A stretch of DNA of 64,000 nt from Mustelus asterias. Its lineage: Eukaryota. This document shows, one piece after another, positions 52,416 to 64,000 of the stretch. The first letter of the stretch is position 1. The number at the start of each line of letters is the position of its first letter. Location: the NCBI RefSeq assembly GCF_964213995.1, contig NW_027590275.1:248001-312000 (forward strand), in the 5' to 3' direction. Under the pieces are notes generated by a model. That model made no database searches and was not told where the DNA came from. It was given only the letters and a program-made list of their open reading frames with translations. Both the position numbers and the translations under genes were made by a program.

Positions 52416-53619
52416 CTTAGTGTGGGATTTACTCACTGATAGAGCATGTGAGTGTGGGATTTGTATCTGTGAATGGATGAGAACATTTCTAAGTTTATGA
52501 TTCATTCTGTATCTGGGTCTCATTGTGTGTCTGTCCAAAAGTGGTGCATGTGATTGCATGTAGTAATAATTCTCTTCTTGGTGGTATTAGTTTTATTTTT
52601 GTATGTATCCCTCTCCTCCACAATATCAGTGTGTTCATTTTATTCTGCATCTGTCAGTCTCTAGCTGTATTTAAGTGCATGTGCTGCAGAATGGCAGTGG
52701 AATCACATACTGACTCTGTTTGACTGTTCTTCCTTTGCGCTTGATAAGCAATTGCTAAAATACTCAATGTATAGCGTATTTTCTACCTATCCTCTTAAAT
52801 TTAAAACATTTTTCCTTCTGACAGGCAAAGAGTTGAAACCAGCAGAATAAATGAAGAGATTCTTTCACACAAGGAGAATTACAGCCAGCTCCTCACATAC
52901 AGTAAGTGTCACTCACACACAGCAGAGATGGCCAAGAGGTTCACTTGCTGGAGTTCTGATCCATTGTGCTCTGCAAGCACAGGCCCCAAGCACAATATTG
53001 TTGTTGGTTTATGGTTCAGTTGTCTGGTTGGTGAGGGTTTCAACTAAATTGGCAGCGGGTTCGACACCAGCATATAGAAGTAGCAGAAAGGAATAAGGGC
53101 AGAAAGGAGGGAGAGTGATGGATAATACTGGAGAAGGAGCAGTCTATGAAGCATTGAAGTTAGTCCTCTTCGAATTTAGAATGTCTACTTTAGATTGTTC
53201 CTTGCTAATGTCAAGCTTGTGATACAATGATCACTCGATAAAAACACAGACACTTGATTCATGTGGCCAACCGTGGCCCACCCCATTCCCCAGCACCAGA
53301 TCCAGCAATGCTTTGTTCATAGTTTCTTGAGAATACTCTGGTCCAAGAAATTCTCTTGAACATATTTCAAAAATTCCCAGACAGATGAATGTATGAATTA
53401 GGAGCAGGCATAGGTCACTTGGCCCCTTGAGCCTGCTCCACCATTCAGTATGATCATGACTGGTCTGATTGTAACTTCAAACCCACATCCTTACCTATCC
53501 CCGATAATCTTTCACCTCCTTGCTTCCTCGAAGCACCAGGGAGCCGGGTTCAATTCCAACCTTGGGTGACTGTCTGGAATTTGCACATTCTCCCTGTGTC
53601 AACATTTGTTCCTCTGGGT

Positions 53620-54597
53620 GCTTTTTCTGAGTGGCAGTCAGTGACTAGTGGGGTTCTGCAGGGATCAGTGCTAGGACCCCAACTGTTCACATTATATATT
53701 AATGATTTAGAAGAGGGAACTGAATGTATTATCTCCAAATTTGCAGATGATACAAAGTTGGGTGGGAGGGTAAGCTGTGAGGAGGATGCAGAGTTACTTC
53801 AGTGTGATTTGGACAAGCTGAGTGCATGGGCATCGCATGTCAGATGCAGTATAATGTGGATAAATGTGAGGTTATCCACTTTGGTAGAAGGAATCGGAAA
53901 AAAGATTATTATTCATGAATGGCTGTAAATTTAGAGAGGTGGATATTCAATGAGAGCTTGGAGTCCTCATGCATCAGTTCCTGAAAGTAAGAGCGCAGGT
54001 ACAGCAGGCAGTAAAGAAGGCAAATAGCATGTTGGCCTTAATAGCAAGAGGATTTGAGTACAGAGATAGGGATGTTTTGCTGCAATTGTGTAGGGCGTTG
54101 GTGAGGCCACACCTGGAGTATTGTGTGCACTTTTGGTGTCCTTATCTGAGGAAGGATGTCCTTGCTGTAGAGAGAGTACAATGAAGGTTTACTTGGCTGA
54201 TTCCTGGGCTGGCAGGTCTGTCATATGATGAGAGACTAACTCGCTTAGAATTCAGAGAGACTAAGTCGGTTAGAAAGAATGTTCCAAATGGTGGGGGAGT
54301 CCAGAACTAGGGGTCTTGGTTGAGGATAAGGGGTAAAGTTTTCAGAACTTAGGTGAGGAGAAATTTCTTCACCCAGAGGGTGGTGAATGTACGGAATTCA
54401 CTACCACAGAATGTAGTTGAGGCCAAAACGTTGTCTGGTTTCAAGAAGAAATTAGATATAGCTCTTGGGTTCAAAGGGATCAAGGGATATGGGGGGAGGG
54501 GGGGGATCAGGATATTGAATTCAATGATCAGAATGAATTGTGGAGCAGGCTCGATGGGCCGGATGGCCTCCTCCTGCTTCTGGTTTCTATGTTTCTA
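53620..54597 (+). mobile_element. CR1 fragment inserted into a V-SINE (about 53530-53620 and 54598-54825)
   Basis: QGSVLGPQLF..KFADDTK; SINE core split around ctctgggtg | ctccggtttcc. Confidence 0.88.
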
Positions 54598-55188
54598 CGC
54601 TCCGGTTTCCTCTCACATTCCAAAGATGTGCAGGTTAGGTGGATTGACATGCCAATTTGCTTCTTTGTGTCCCAAGATGTGTAGGTTGGGGGGATTAGCA
54701 GGGTAAATGCATGGGGTTACAGGGATGTGGCAAGGAGTTGCCCTCAGAAAGATGCTCTGTTGGAAAATCAGTGCAAACCCGAGGGGCCAAATGGCCTCCA
54801 TCTGCACTGTAGAGATTCTATGATTTTCTATCCACCTCTGCAATCAAAATATTGAAAGACTTTGCTTGCTTTGCCTTTTGAGGAAGGGAGTTCCATCGAC
54901 GCACAACCCTCTGAGAGAAAATAATCTCGCCTCATCTGTGCCTTAAATGAATGACCCTTTATTTTGAAACAGTGACCCCTCATTCTAGATTCTCCCACAA
55001 GAGGAAATGTTCTCTCCACATCCATCCTGTCAAGACCACTCAGATCTGTAAAATTTCAATCAAGTCGATACTTACTCTTCTAAACTCTCATGCATGCAAA
55101 CTTATCCCCTCCAACAATTCCTCATGAGAACCTGCTCCTTCCTGGTATTAATCCCGTAAACCTTCTCTGAACTCTGAACTTCTCTGTA

Positions 55189-55527
55189 GGGCGGCATGGT
55201 AGCACAGTTGTTAGCACTGCTGCTTCACAGCTCCAGGGACCTGGGTTCGATTCCTGGCTTGGGTCACTGTCTGTGTGGAGTTTGCACATTCTCCCTGTGT
55301 CTGCGTGGGTTTCCTCCGGGTGCTCCGGTTTCCTCCCACAGTCCAAAAATGTGCAGGTTAGGTTGATTGGCCATGCTAAAATTGCCCTTCGTGTCCTGAC
55401 ATGCGTAGGTTCGAGGGAATAGTGGGTAAATATATGGGAGTAGGGCCTGGGTGGGATTGTGGTCGGTGCAGACTCGATGGGCTGAATGGCCTCTTTCTGT
55501 GCTGTAGGGTTTCTATGATTTCTATGA
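55189..55527 (+). mobile_element. Full-length HE1/V-SINE
   Basis: Head, V core and tttctatga tail. Confidence 0.93.
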
Positions 55528-55674
55528 ATTGTGGGAGCTTGGAGTGGCCCAGGGTGCGGCCCCAAGTTTGGAGTAATGATGTTTCTTTATTAAACCCGTC
55601 CTTTGATTTATAAGATGGAGAAAGTTTTGTTGTATTTTCATGAGCTGCATTTTGAAGAGTTCCTTCTGAAGAAA

Positions 55675-55870
55675 CACTCCTTCCTCAGGTGAGTGGAGAG
55701 TTGGATTCACAAACAGGGCATATATAGAAACATATAGAAACATGAGAAGCGCTCTGAAAGCTTGTGCTACCAAATAAACCTGTTCGACTTTAACCTGGTG
55801 TTGTGAGACTTCTTACTGTGCCCCCCCCCCCCCCCCCCGCCCCCCAGTCCAATGCCGGCATCACGACATC
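55675..55870. mobile_element. Penelope pLTR remnant with internal inversion and expanded C run
   Basis: gaaagcttgtgctaccaaataaacctgttcgactttaacctggtgttg; 55680-55730 in the opposite orientation. Confidence 0.75.
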
Positions 55871-55929
55871 TGATTTGTTCTAGTATAAGGTGTAAATTTT
55901 ACATTGAAGACACGTCAGGTGAAGACAGC

Positions 55930-56880
55930 TGAGTAGAATGTGCGGTTTGTCTCATGTGGGGAGTCTTGGATGCTGCCAGTGTCTTGAATGACCACATGTG
56001 CAGGAAGTGTTCCCAGCTGCAGAAACTGGAGCTCCAGGTTTCGGACCTTGAGGAGCAGCTGGAGAGACTGTGATGCATTTGAGAGGCTGAGAGTTATGTG
56101 GACAGCACATTTAGAGAGATGGTCACAGCACAGCTCAAGGGACTAGAGGAAAGAAGGAAATGGGTGACCACTGAGCAGTCCAAGAAGAACAGGCATGTAG
56201 AATCATAGAATAGAATCATAGAATCCCTACAGTGCAGAAGGGGGCCATTCAGCCCACCGAGCCTGCACCAACAACAATCCTGCCCAGCCCCTATCCCCAT
56301 AACCCCAGGTATTTACCCTGCCAATCTCTCTAACCTACACATCTTGGGGCACTAAAGGGCAATTTAGCATGGTCAATCCACCTAACCTGCACATTTTTGG
56401 ACTGTGGGGGGAAACCAGAGCACCCGGAGGAAACCCATGCATAAATGGGGAGAATGTGCAAACTCCACACAAACAGCCACCCAAGGCGGGAATTGAACCC
56501 GGGTCCCTCGTGCTGTGAGGCAGCAATGCGAACCACTTTGTCACCGTGCCACCCAAACAGGTACTGCAGGAGTCCCGTGGGGTCCTCGTCACTAACACAT
56601 CTTCCATTTTGGATGCAGATGAGGGTGCGGTAGGCACCCCAGAGGAGTGCAGTCAGAGCCAAGATTCTGGCAAAACAAGCATCTTGCTTGTACAGGTGGG
56701 GAGGAAGAAGACAGGAAGAGCAATAGTGATAGGGGATTCATCAGTCAGTAGAGCAGACAGGCATTTCTGTGGCCAAGGATTTGACTTCAGGATGGTGTGT
56801 TATCTCCCTGGCCAGTGTCAGGGATGTCACTGAATCGCTGCAGGACATCCTGAAAGAGGAGGGTGATAGGATAGAGGTTG
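55930..56880 (+). mobile_element. CR1 ORF1 remnant (Cys-rich/coiled-coil region plus SGNH esterase), split by a V-SINE at 56200-56555
   Basis: HMCRKCSQLQKLELQVSDLEEQL and AIVIGDSSV..RMVCYLPG translated from the plus strand; typical of vertebrate CR1 ORF1. Confidence 0.7.
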
Positions 56881-57114
56881 TGATACATATAAAAGTAGCA
56901 GAAAGGAAGAAGGGCAGAAAGGAGGGAGAGTGATGGATAATACAGGAGAAGGAAGTAATACCATGTTGGATAGAAGGAGACTAACAAGTACTGTGAAGAA
57001 TGTCAAGACAGGTTTCCAATGTATGTAAACACACAGAGTGTGATAAATAAGGTTGATGAGCTTGAAGGACAAAGAGAAATGTGGGAATCTGGTGCAGAGG
57101 CAATGACAATAAGA

Positions 57115-58315
57115 GGGATTGACGAAGGATGTCGAAGGATTGCCGTGGATATCGTCTATATGGATTTCAGTAAGGCATTTGACAAAGTCCCTCATGGCAG
57201 GTTGGTTAAGGAGGTTAAGGCTCATGGGATACAAGGAGAGGTGGCTAGATGGATAGAAAACTGGCTTGGCCACAGGAGATAGAGGGTAGCAGTCGAAGGG
57301 TCTTTTTCCGGCTGGATGTCTGTGACCAGTGGTGTTCCGCAGGGCTTTGTACTGTGACCTCTGCTATTTGTGATATATATAAATGATTTGGAAGAAAGTG
57401 TAACTGGTGTTATCAGCAAGTTTGTGGATGACACGAAGATGGCTGGACTTGCGGATAGCGATGAACGTTGTCGGACAATACAGCAGGATATAGATAGGCT
57501 GGAAAATTTGTTCGGAGAAATGGCAGATGGAATTTAATCCAGATAAATATGAAGTGATGCATTTTGGAAGAACTAATGTAGGGGGGAGTTATACAATAAA
57601 TGGCAGAGCCATCAAGAGTATAGACACACACAGAGGGACCGAGGTGTGCAAGTCCGCAAATCCTTGAAGGTGGCAGCACAGGTGGAGAAGGTGGTGAAGA
57701 AGGCATATGGTATGCTTGCCTTTATAGGACGGGGTATAGAGTATAAAAGCTGGAGTCTGATGTACAGAACGCTGGTTAGGCCACATTTGGAGTACTGCGT
57801 CCAGGTCTGGTCGCCGCACTATCAGAAGGACGTGGAGGCTTCAGAGAGAGTGCAGAGAAGGTTTCCCAGGATGTTGCCTGGTATGGAGGGTCTCAGCTAT
57901 GAGGAGAGATTGGGTAGACTGGGCTTGTTCTCCCTGGAAAGACGGAGAATGAGGGGAGACCTAATAGAGGTGTACAAAATTATGAAGGGTATAGATAGGG
58001 TGAACAGTGGGAAGCTTTTTCCCAGGTTGGGGGTGACGATCACGAGGGGTCATGGGCTCAAGGTGAGAGGGGCGAGGTATAACTCAGATATCAGAGGGAC
58101 GTTTTTTACACAGAGTGGTGGGGGCCTGGAATGCGCTGCCAAGTAGGGTGGTGGAGGCAGACATGCTGGCATCGTTTAAGACTTGCCTGGATAGTCACAT
58201 GAGCAGTCTGGGATTGGAGGGATACAAATGAATGGTCTAGCTGGCCCAATGAGCGGCACAGGCTTGGAGGGCCGAATGGCCTGTTTCTTGTGCTGTACTG
58301 TTCTTTGTTCTTTGA
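57115..58315 (+). mobile_element. CR1 RT and 3' end
   Basis: [18 protein letters not shown]; LVRPHLEYCVQVWSP; ttctttgttcttt tail. Confidence 0.92.
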
Positions 58316-60644
58316 CAGAAATGTGCCTTAAAAAGAGTGAGGACTGGGTGCTGAATATTCAGGAATTGTGTTCAGAAAGAGATAGATAAGAGAAAAAGAG
58401 AGGTGGGATGACAATACTGACTAGGGAAGACATTGTAGTGTTGGAGAGTGGAGATGCCCTTGAGGTGACAAGGACACAATCCAGTTGTTTAAAATCTGTA
58501 ATCAGTGTAAGGGGAACTATTGAGACAAATTGTGAGGGTTAAAATTAATCTCCATTTTCAGAGGCAAGGATTAATCAAGGATAGTCAGCATTGCTTTGTT
58601 AGGGAAAGATCATGTCTAACAAATTAGATTGAATGTTTTGGGGAGGTGTCGATCCTTGTAGATCAGGGCAGTGAGTTGATGTCATCCACATGGACTTCAG
58701 TAAGGTATTTGACAATGGGAGACTGGTCAAGAAGATATCAGCACATGGGATCCAGTATGATTTGGAAAATTGCATCAACAACTTTCGTAGTGACATAAAG
58801 CAGAGGGTGATGGTCACAGGTTGCATGTTCCTTTGTGTTCCAGCTTGTGTAGATTCAATGGTTTGTGGGTTATTTGGATAGTGTGGGAGGGGGTTGTGTG
58901 GGCAAATGTAAGATGCTGAGTCAGTGCAGACGAGATGGGATAAATATCCTCCTTCTCTACTATAGGGATGCAAAGAACAACACAGAACAGAAACTGACCC
59001 TTTAGCCCACCAAGTTTGTACAGACTCAGACGCCTCTCTGATCTTTGGAACAAGTTTGGTGAACCTTTGTTACTCTTTCTATAACAAAATTATTATCCTT
59101 CCTAAGGTAAGGGGACCAAAACTGCACACAGTTCTCCAGGTGCAGTCTAACTAAGCTGCCAGACAATTAAAGTAAGACTTCACTTCTGCTGCACTCAGAA
59201 CCTTTTACAATAATGTCCAACATATCATTTGCCTTCATAATTGCCAACTGGACCTGCATGTTAACATCTAGAGTCCTTTTGTACATCTACATTTTCCTAT
59301 CTTTTGTCTTGACAGGTATATATCACAGGAATAAAACAAATTCATTCACTCACAGATATAAAACACGGTGTCACCTTGATCACACATTAAGTAACAATTC
59401 TTCGCTCAGACAGACAAAAGATAATTGTACAATACTGAATAAATTACAATTAATTTCCTGATACTATATACAGGGATAAATATGTAAATGAATCCAAAAA
59501 TGCTCAATCTGAGTAAGACAGAAAGAGGTAACAGCAATTCCTTTGCTACAAACTGCAGGAATTACTTACCAGGTTATGTATCCAACTGTTGCCATTCACA
59601 GAATTACAAATTGAATACTCACACACAGCTGCTGAATATAAACAGGGACAGTCAAATGTACTGGAAATCTACATGAAAAAATAAATTGAAAGATGAACAA
59701 ATATCAATACATTATGTATTTAGCATGTAGTGTTTATCACAATGTCTGAGATACATGTAAAGTTAAAGTACAGAAGTATCCCACACTTCAACGCAAGAGA
59801 TAAATGGATAAAGATTGATTCCTACACCCACATGGATAACCAGAGAATCACAGATGTAAAATTAATCCTACTTTCTCAAACTCTCTCGAGACAGATGGAA
59901 GAACAAGGAATTCCAAAACATACTAGAGAATGACAACTACAGAATATGATACCTACATTTGTTTTGAGAAACAGTGAAGCAAAATGATGTCCACTCTCAC
60001 ACAGTATCACAAGTAGCATCCATGGAATGAACCCTGCATTCACACACAGCACCACAGACAGACAGAAAAGCACACTCAGATGTACCAGAGACCGATGCAT
60101 ACAGTATGATTCAGACACTTATACAGTTACTCAATGACACATGCCTGCTGAACCGAAATCAAACTCACATTCACTTCAAGACACAGGTGTGAGCAGAATT
60201 TACCCCATATTAACATACACAGTGGAGACTGATATAGTGCATGAGTCTCAAAATTATGTTCAGCCAATCTCACACATGCAAGCTGGCAATCAACAGACAA
60301 ATACACATTTTGTTTCACATACTGTACCCAATACTTACAGGCACATAATTAATCGCATTCTGTACATGAAATAGAGAGATGCCATTTCAGTCCCAAACTC
60401 AGCCTCACTGATTTAGAATAGAATCCCTCCAGTGCAGAAGGATGTCATTTGACCCATCAAGTCTACACTGACTCAGCATTTTACCCAGGCCCTATCCCCA
60501 TAACCCCACAAATTTACCATGGCTACATCCTCTAACGACACATCTTGGGATACCAAGGGGCAATTAACATGGCCAAGCCGAATAACCTGCACAACTTTGA
60601 ATTGTGGGAGGAAACCAGTGCACTTGGAGAAAACCCATGCAGAT

Positions 60645-62246
60645 AAGAACATAGAACATAGAACAGTACAGCACAGAACAGGCCCTTCGGCCCACGATGT
60701 TGTGCCGAGCTTTATCTGAAACCAAGATCAAGCTATCCCGCTCCCTATCATCCTGGTGTGCTCCATGTGCCTATCCAATAACCGCTTAAATGTTCCTAAA
60801 GTGTCTGACTCCACTATCACTGCAGGCAGTCCATTCCACACCCCAACCACTCTCTGCGTAAAGAACCTACCTCTGATATCCTTCCTGTATCTCCCACCAC
60901 GAACCCTATAGTTATGCCCCCTTGTAATAGCTCCATCCACCCGAGGAAATAGTCTTTGAACGTTCACTCTATCTATCCCCTTCATCATTTTATAAACCTC
61001 TATTAAGTCTCCCCTCAGCCTCCTCCGCTCCAGAGAGAACAGCCCTAGCTCCCTCAACCTTTCCTCATATGACCTACCCTCCAAACCAGGCAGCATCCTG
61101 GTAAATCTCCTCTGCACTCTTTCCAACGCTTCCACATCCTTCTTATAGTGAGGTGACCAGAACTGCACACAATATTCCAAATGTGGTCTCACCAAGGTCC
61201 TGTACAGTTGCAGCATAACCCCACGGCTCTTAAACTCCAACCCCCTGTTAATAAAAGCTAACACACTATAGGCCTTCTTCACAGCTCTATCCACTTGAGT
61301 GGCAACCTTTAGAGATCTGTGGATATGGACCCCAAGATCTCTCTGCTCCTCCACAGTCTTCAGAACCCTACCTTTGACCCTGTAATCCACATTTAAATTA
61401 GTCCTACCAAAATGAATCACCTCACATTTATCAGGGTTAAATTCCCTTTGCCATTTTCAGCCCAGCTTTGCATCCTATCTATGTCTCTTTGCAGCCTACA
61501 ACAACCCCCCACCTCATCCACTACTCCACCAATCTTGGTGTCATCAGCAAATTCACTGATCCACCCTTCAGCCCCCTCCTCGAAGTCATTAATAAAAATC
61601 ACAAAGAGCAGAGGACCAAGCACTGATCCCTGCGGCACTCCGCTAGCAACCTGCCTCCAATCCAAAAATTTTCCATCCACCACCACCCTCTGTCTTCGAT
61701 CAGACAGCCAGTTACCTATCCAATCGGCCAACTTTCCCTCTATCCCACACCTCCTCACTTTCATCATAAGCCGACCATGGGGGACCTTATCAAACGCCTT
61801 ACTAAAATCCATGTATATGACGTCAACTGCCCTACCTTCATCAACACGCTTAGTTACCTCCTCACAAAATTCTATCAAATTTGTGAGGCACGACTTGCCA
61901 TTCACGAATCCGTGCTGACTATCCCGGATTAATCCGCATCTTTCTAAATGGTCGTAAATCCCATCCCTAAGGACCTTTTCCATCAATTTACCAACCACCG
62001 AAGGAAGACTAACCGGTCTATAATTACCAGGGTCATTTCTATTCCCTTTCTTAAACAGAGGAACAACATTCGCCATTCTCCAGTCCTCTGGCCCCATCCC
62101 CGTGGACAGCGAGGACCCAAAGATCAAAGCCAAAGGCTCTGCAATCTCATCCCTTGCCTCCCAAAGAATCCTAGGATACATTTAATCAGGCCCAGGGGAC
62201 TTAACGACCTTCAGTTTATTCAAAACTGCCAGGACATCCTCCCTCC
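60645..62246 (-). mobile_element. Young CR1, same subfamily as 10036-11613, one frameshift; inserted into a V-SINE (60415-60644 and 62247-62355)
   Basis: ORFs 61417-62181 and 60728-61420 nearly identical to 10117-11613. Confidence 0.96.
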
Positions 62247-63207
62247 GAACATCTCAGGGGAGAATATGCAAACTCCACAAAGACAGGCGTCCGAGGCCGG
62301 AAACGAACCTGGGTCCATGGCATTGTGAGGCAGCTGTCTAACCATTGTGTTGCCTGTTCTTGCAGTGTACTTCACAAATGGTGCACACTGTGTGTGAATG
62401 GTTGAGGGAGTAAATGCTGAAGCTGATGAATGGTTTGCAAGTGAAACCACAAACTAGATTTGTTTCTGAGATTCTTTGGTGTTGTTGGAGGTGCACTGAC
62501 CCGTGAGTGGAGAGTATTCCATCCCTTACCTAAATGTGGAATTCAATTGTGGAATGCCTTTTGGAAAATAGGAGGTCAGTCACTAGCTATGGACATGCTC
62601 TGTTCTATTTTTAAAGCCACAGTCATATTGTGACAGGGTACAAGAAATACCTTGTACCCATTTATCGTTAATGACAGTCACAGAATGATGACCATGCTAA
62701 AGCATAATTAGAAGATAAGAAATTGGAGCAAGAGTAGGCCATTCAGCTCTTCGAGTCCACATTGCCATACAGTGAGATCATGACTGATTTTCCACTTCAA
62801 CACCATTTTCCTGAACTATCCCCGTAACCCTTGGTGTTTTTGACATGTCGAAATCTATCAATCTCACTCTTGAACATATTTAATGATTAAATCTCCTCAT
62901 ATCTCTGCGCATTGCATTCAATCTACAAAATTGTTGCCCATTCGCTCAGCCTCTTCAAATACACACAAAGAGTCTTTGCCTCCTTTTCACAACTCACACA
63001 TCCACCTTGTTTGTGACAGCTACCAATTTGGAAATATTACCTTTAATCCCAAATCATTGATACATAGATTGGAAATAGCAGTGGCCCAAACACTGATCCT
63101 TGTGGTAGCCCACTTGTCATAGCCTGCTAACTTGAAAATGACCCATTTGTTCCTACTCTCAGTTCTCTGTCCATCAGCTCGTTCTCAGTCTATTCCAGGA
63201 TATTCTC

Positions 63208-63322
63208 TCCCCCAGCCCCCTCCTCCCCAGCCCCCTCCAACCCCCCCCCCCCCCAGCCCCCTCCACCCCCCCAGCCCCCTCCTCCCCCAAGCCCCCAGCC
63301 ACCCCCCCCCCCCCCCCCCCCC
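63208..63322 (+). repeat. C-rich low-complexity tract
   Basis: ccccagccccctc repeats and poly-C. Confidence 0.9.
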
Positions 63323-63739
63323 ATTCCACGTGCTCTCATTTTCTTTATTTGCCTCTGGTGTGGAACCGTATCAAGGCTTGTAGCCAGTAATATCCAATTC
63401 TAATTCCACTTCTTCTTGCAGTCAGCTTTTTGTTTTAGCAACAATGTCAATGTGGCTGTTGCTCATCAAACTTATTCCCCTTCCACACGCCCAGATATTG
63501 TACACTGCCAGCTCCCGGTGATGGACGGAAGTAAAGCAGAGGAAGGGGAAATGTATGAACAGTATCAGCAGTCTGATAGAGTGATGTGGGATTAGCAGCA
63601 GAGAGAATGCGCTGGTGCGGCAGAGGGAGTGAGAGAGTCAGGGGGTTGGGTGGATCGGGGCGGACAAGGGGAAAGGACGGATTGACAACAGACTGGTTAC
63701 TGCCCAAATCCACAAACTATGTGTTTGTGTCTCTGAACT

Positions 63740-63850
63740 AACCAATCAGAGAGAGAGCGTTACGAATTGACATCACTGTGAATGGGCCAATGGGGAACGG
63801 GGCTTTCAGCCATCCTTCATTAGCATAGGCCTCTGCTTTGGTCTATAAAA
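63740..63850 (+). promoter_or_regulatory. H2B promoter: two CCAAT boxes, ATTAGCAT octamer variant, TATAAAA
   Basis: accaatcag 63741, gccaat 63786, cttcattagcat about 63816, tataaaa 63844. Confidence 0.85.
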
Positions 63851-63902
63851 GAGGAGTTCCGAGCGCGACTTAGTGATTCTGTGTCTGAAATTAACTGTGA
63901 GG

Positions 63903-64000
63903 ATGGTTGATGAGAAGAAAGCAGCTCCGAAGAAGGGGGCGAAGAAAGTGATTAAGAAACCGGTAGTAAAGGGCGGCAAGAAGCGGCGAAAGTCGAGGAA
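63903..64000 (+). CDS. H2B: Histone H2B, 5' part, runs off the window
   Basis: [32 protein letters not shown]..; not in the ORF track; promoter matches the other H2B. Confidence 0.93.
   Translation, partial: MVDEKKAAPKKGAKKVIKKPVVKGGKKRRKSR

Noticed and set aside
53010-53075. Possible tRNA (gggttcgacacc B-box-like motif)
   Set aside because: No convincing A box or cloverleaf by eye.
59300-60400. Strand-biased A/C-rich region (mirrored by 46880-47900)
   Set aside because: Looks like ancient decayed repeat; no unit or coding signal could be defined.

Overview
Eukaryotic vertebrate DNA, very probably a shark or other elasmobranch (inferred from HE1/V-SINE-type SINEs paired with HER1/CR1-type LINEs). 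It is a repeat-dense replication-dependent histone/tRNA gene cluster. Intact H1, H4, H3.2 and H2B genes each carry a 3' stem-loop and purine-rich downstream element; there is also a frameshifted H2A pseudogene and the start of a second H2B at the window end. Nine tRNA genes or pseudogenes are present (iMet x2, Leu x3, Ser x2, Gly x2). The rest is CR1/L2 LINE fragments, two SINE families, Penelope-like elements (PLE) with GIY-YIG remnants and hammerhead-like cores, and two related ~38-nt minisatellites. Most ORFs in the track are LINE fragments, antisense shadows or noise. Three observations stand out: (1) two copies of a ~330-nt non-coding retroelement with a U2 snRNA head, an internal U2 stem-loop I mimic, several hairpins and an A tail, one with a 10-bp TSD and the other fused to the H2A start codon; (2) three otherwise near-intact Ser/Leu tRNA genes that have each lost the 5' side of the anticodon arm; (3) an initiator-tRNA copy with a CAC anticodon and a compensated stem. 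All coordinates and comparisons to canonical RNAs were made by eye and from recalled sequences; repeat boundaries are approximate.
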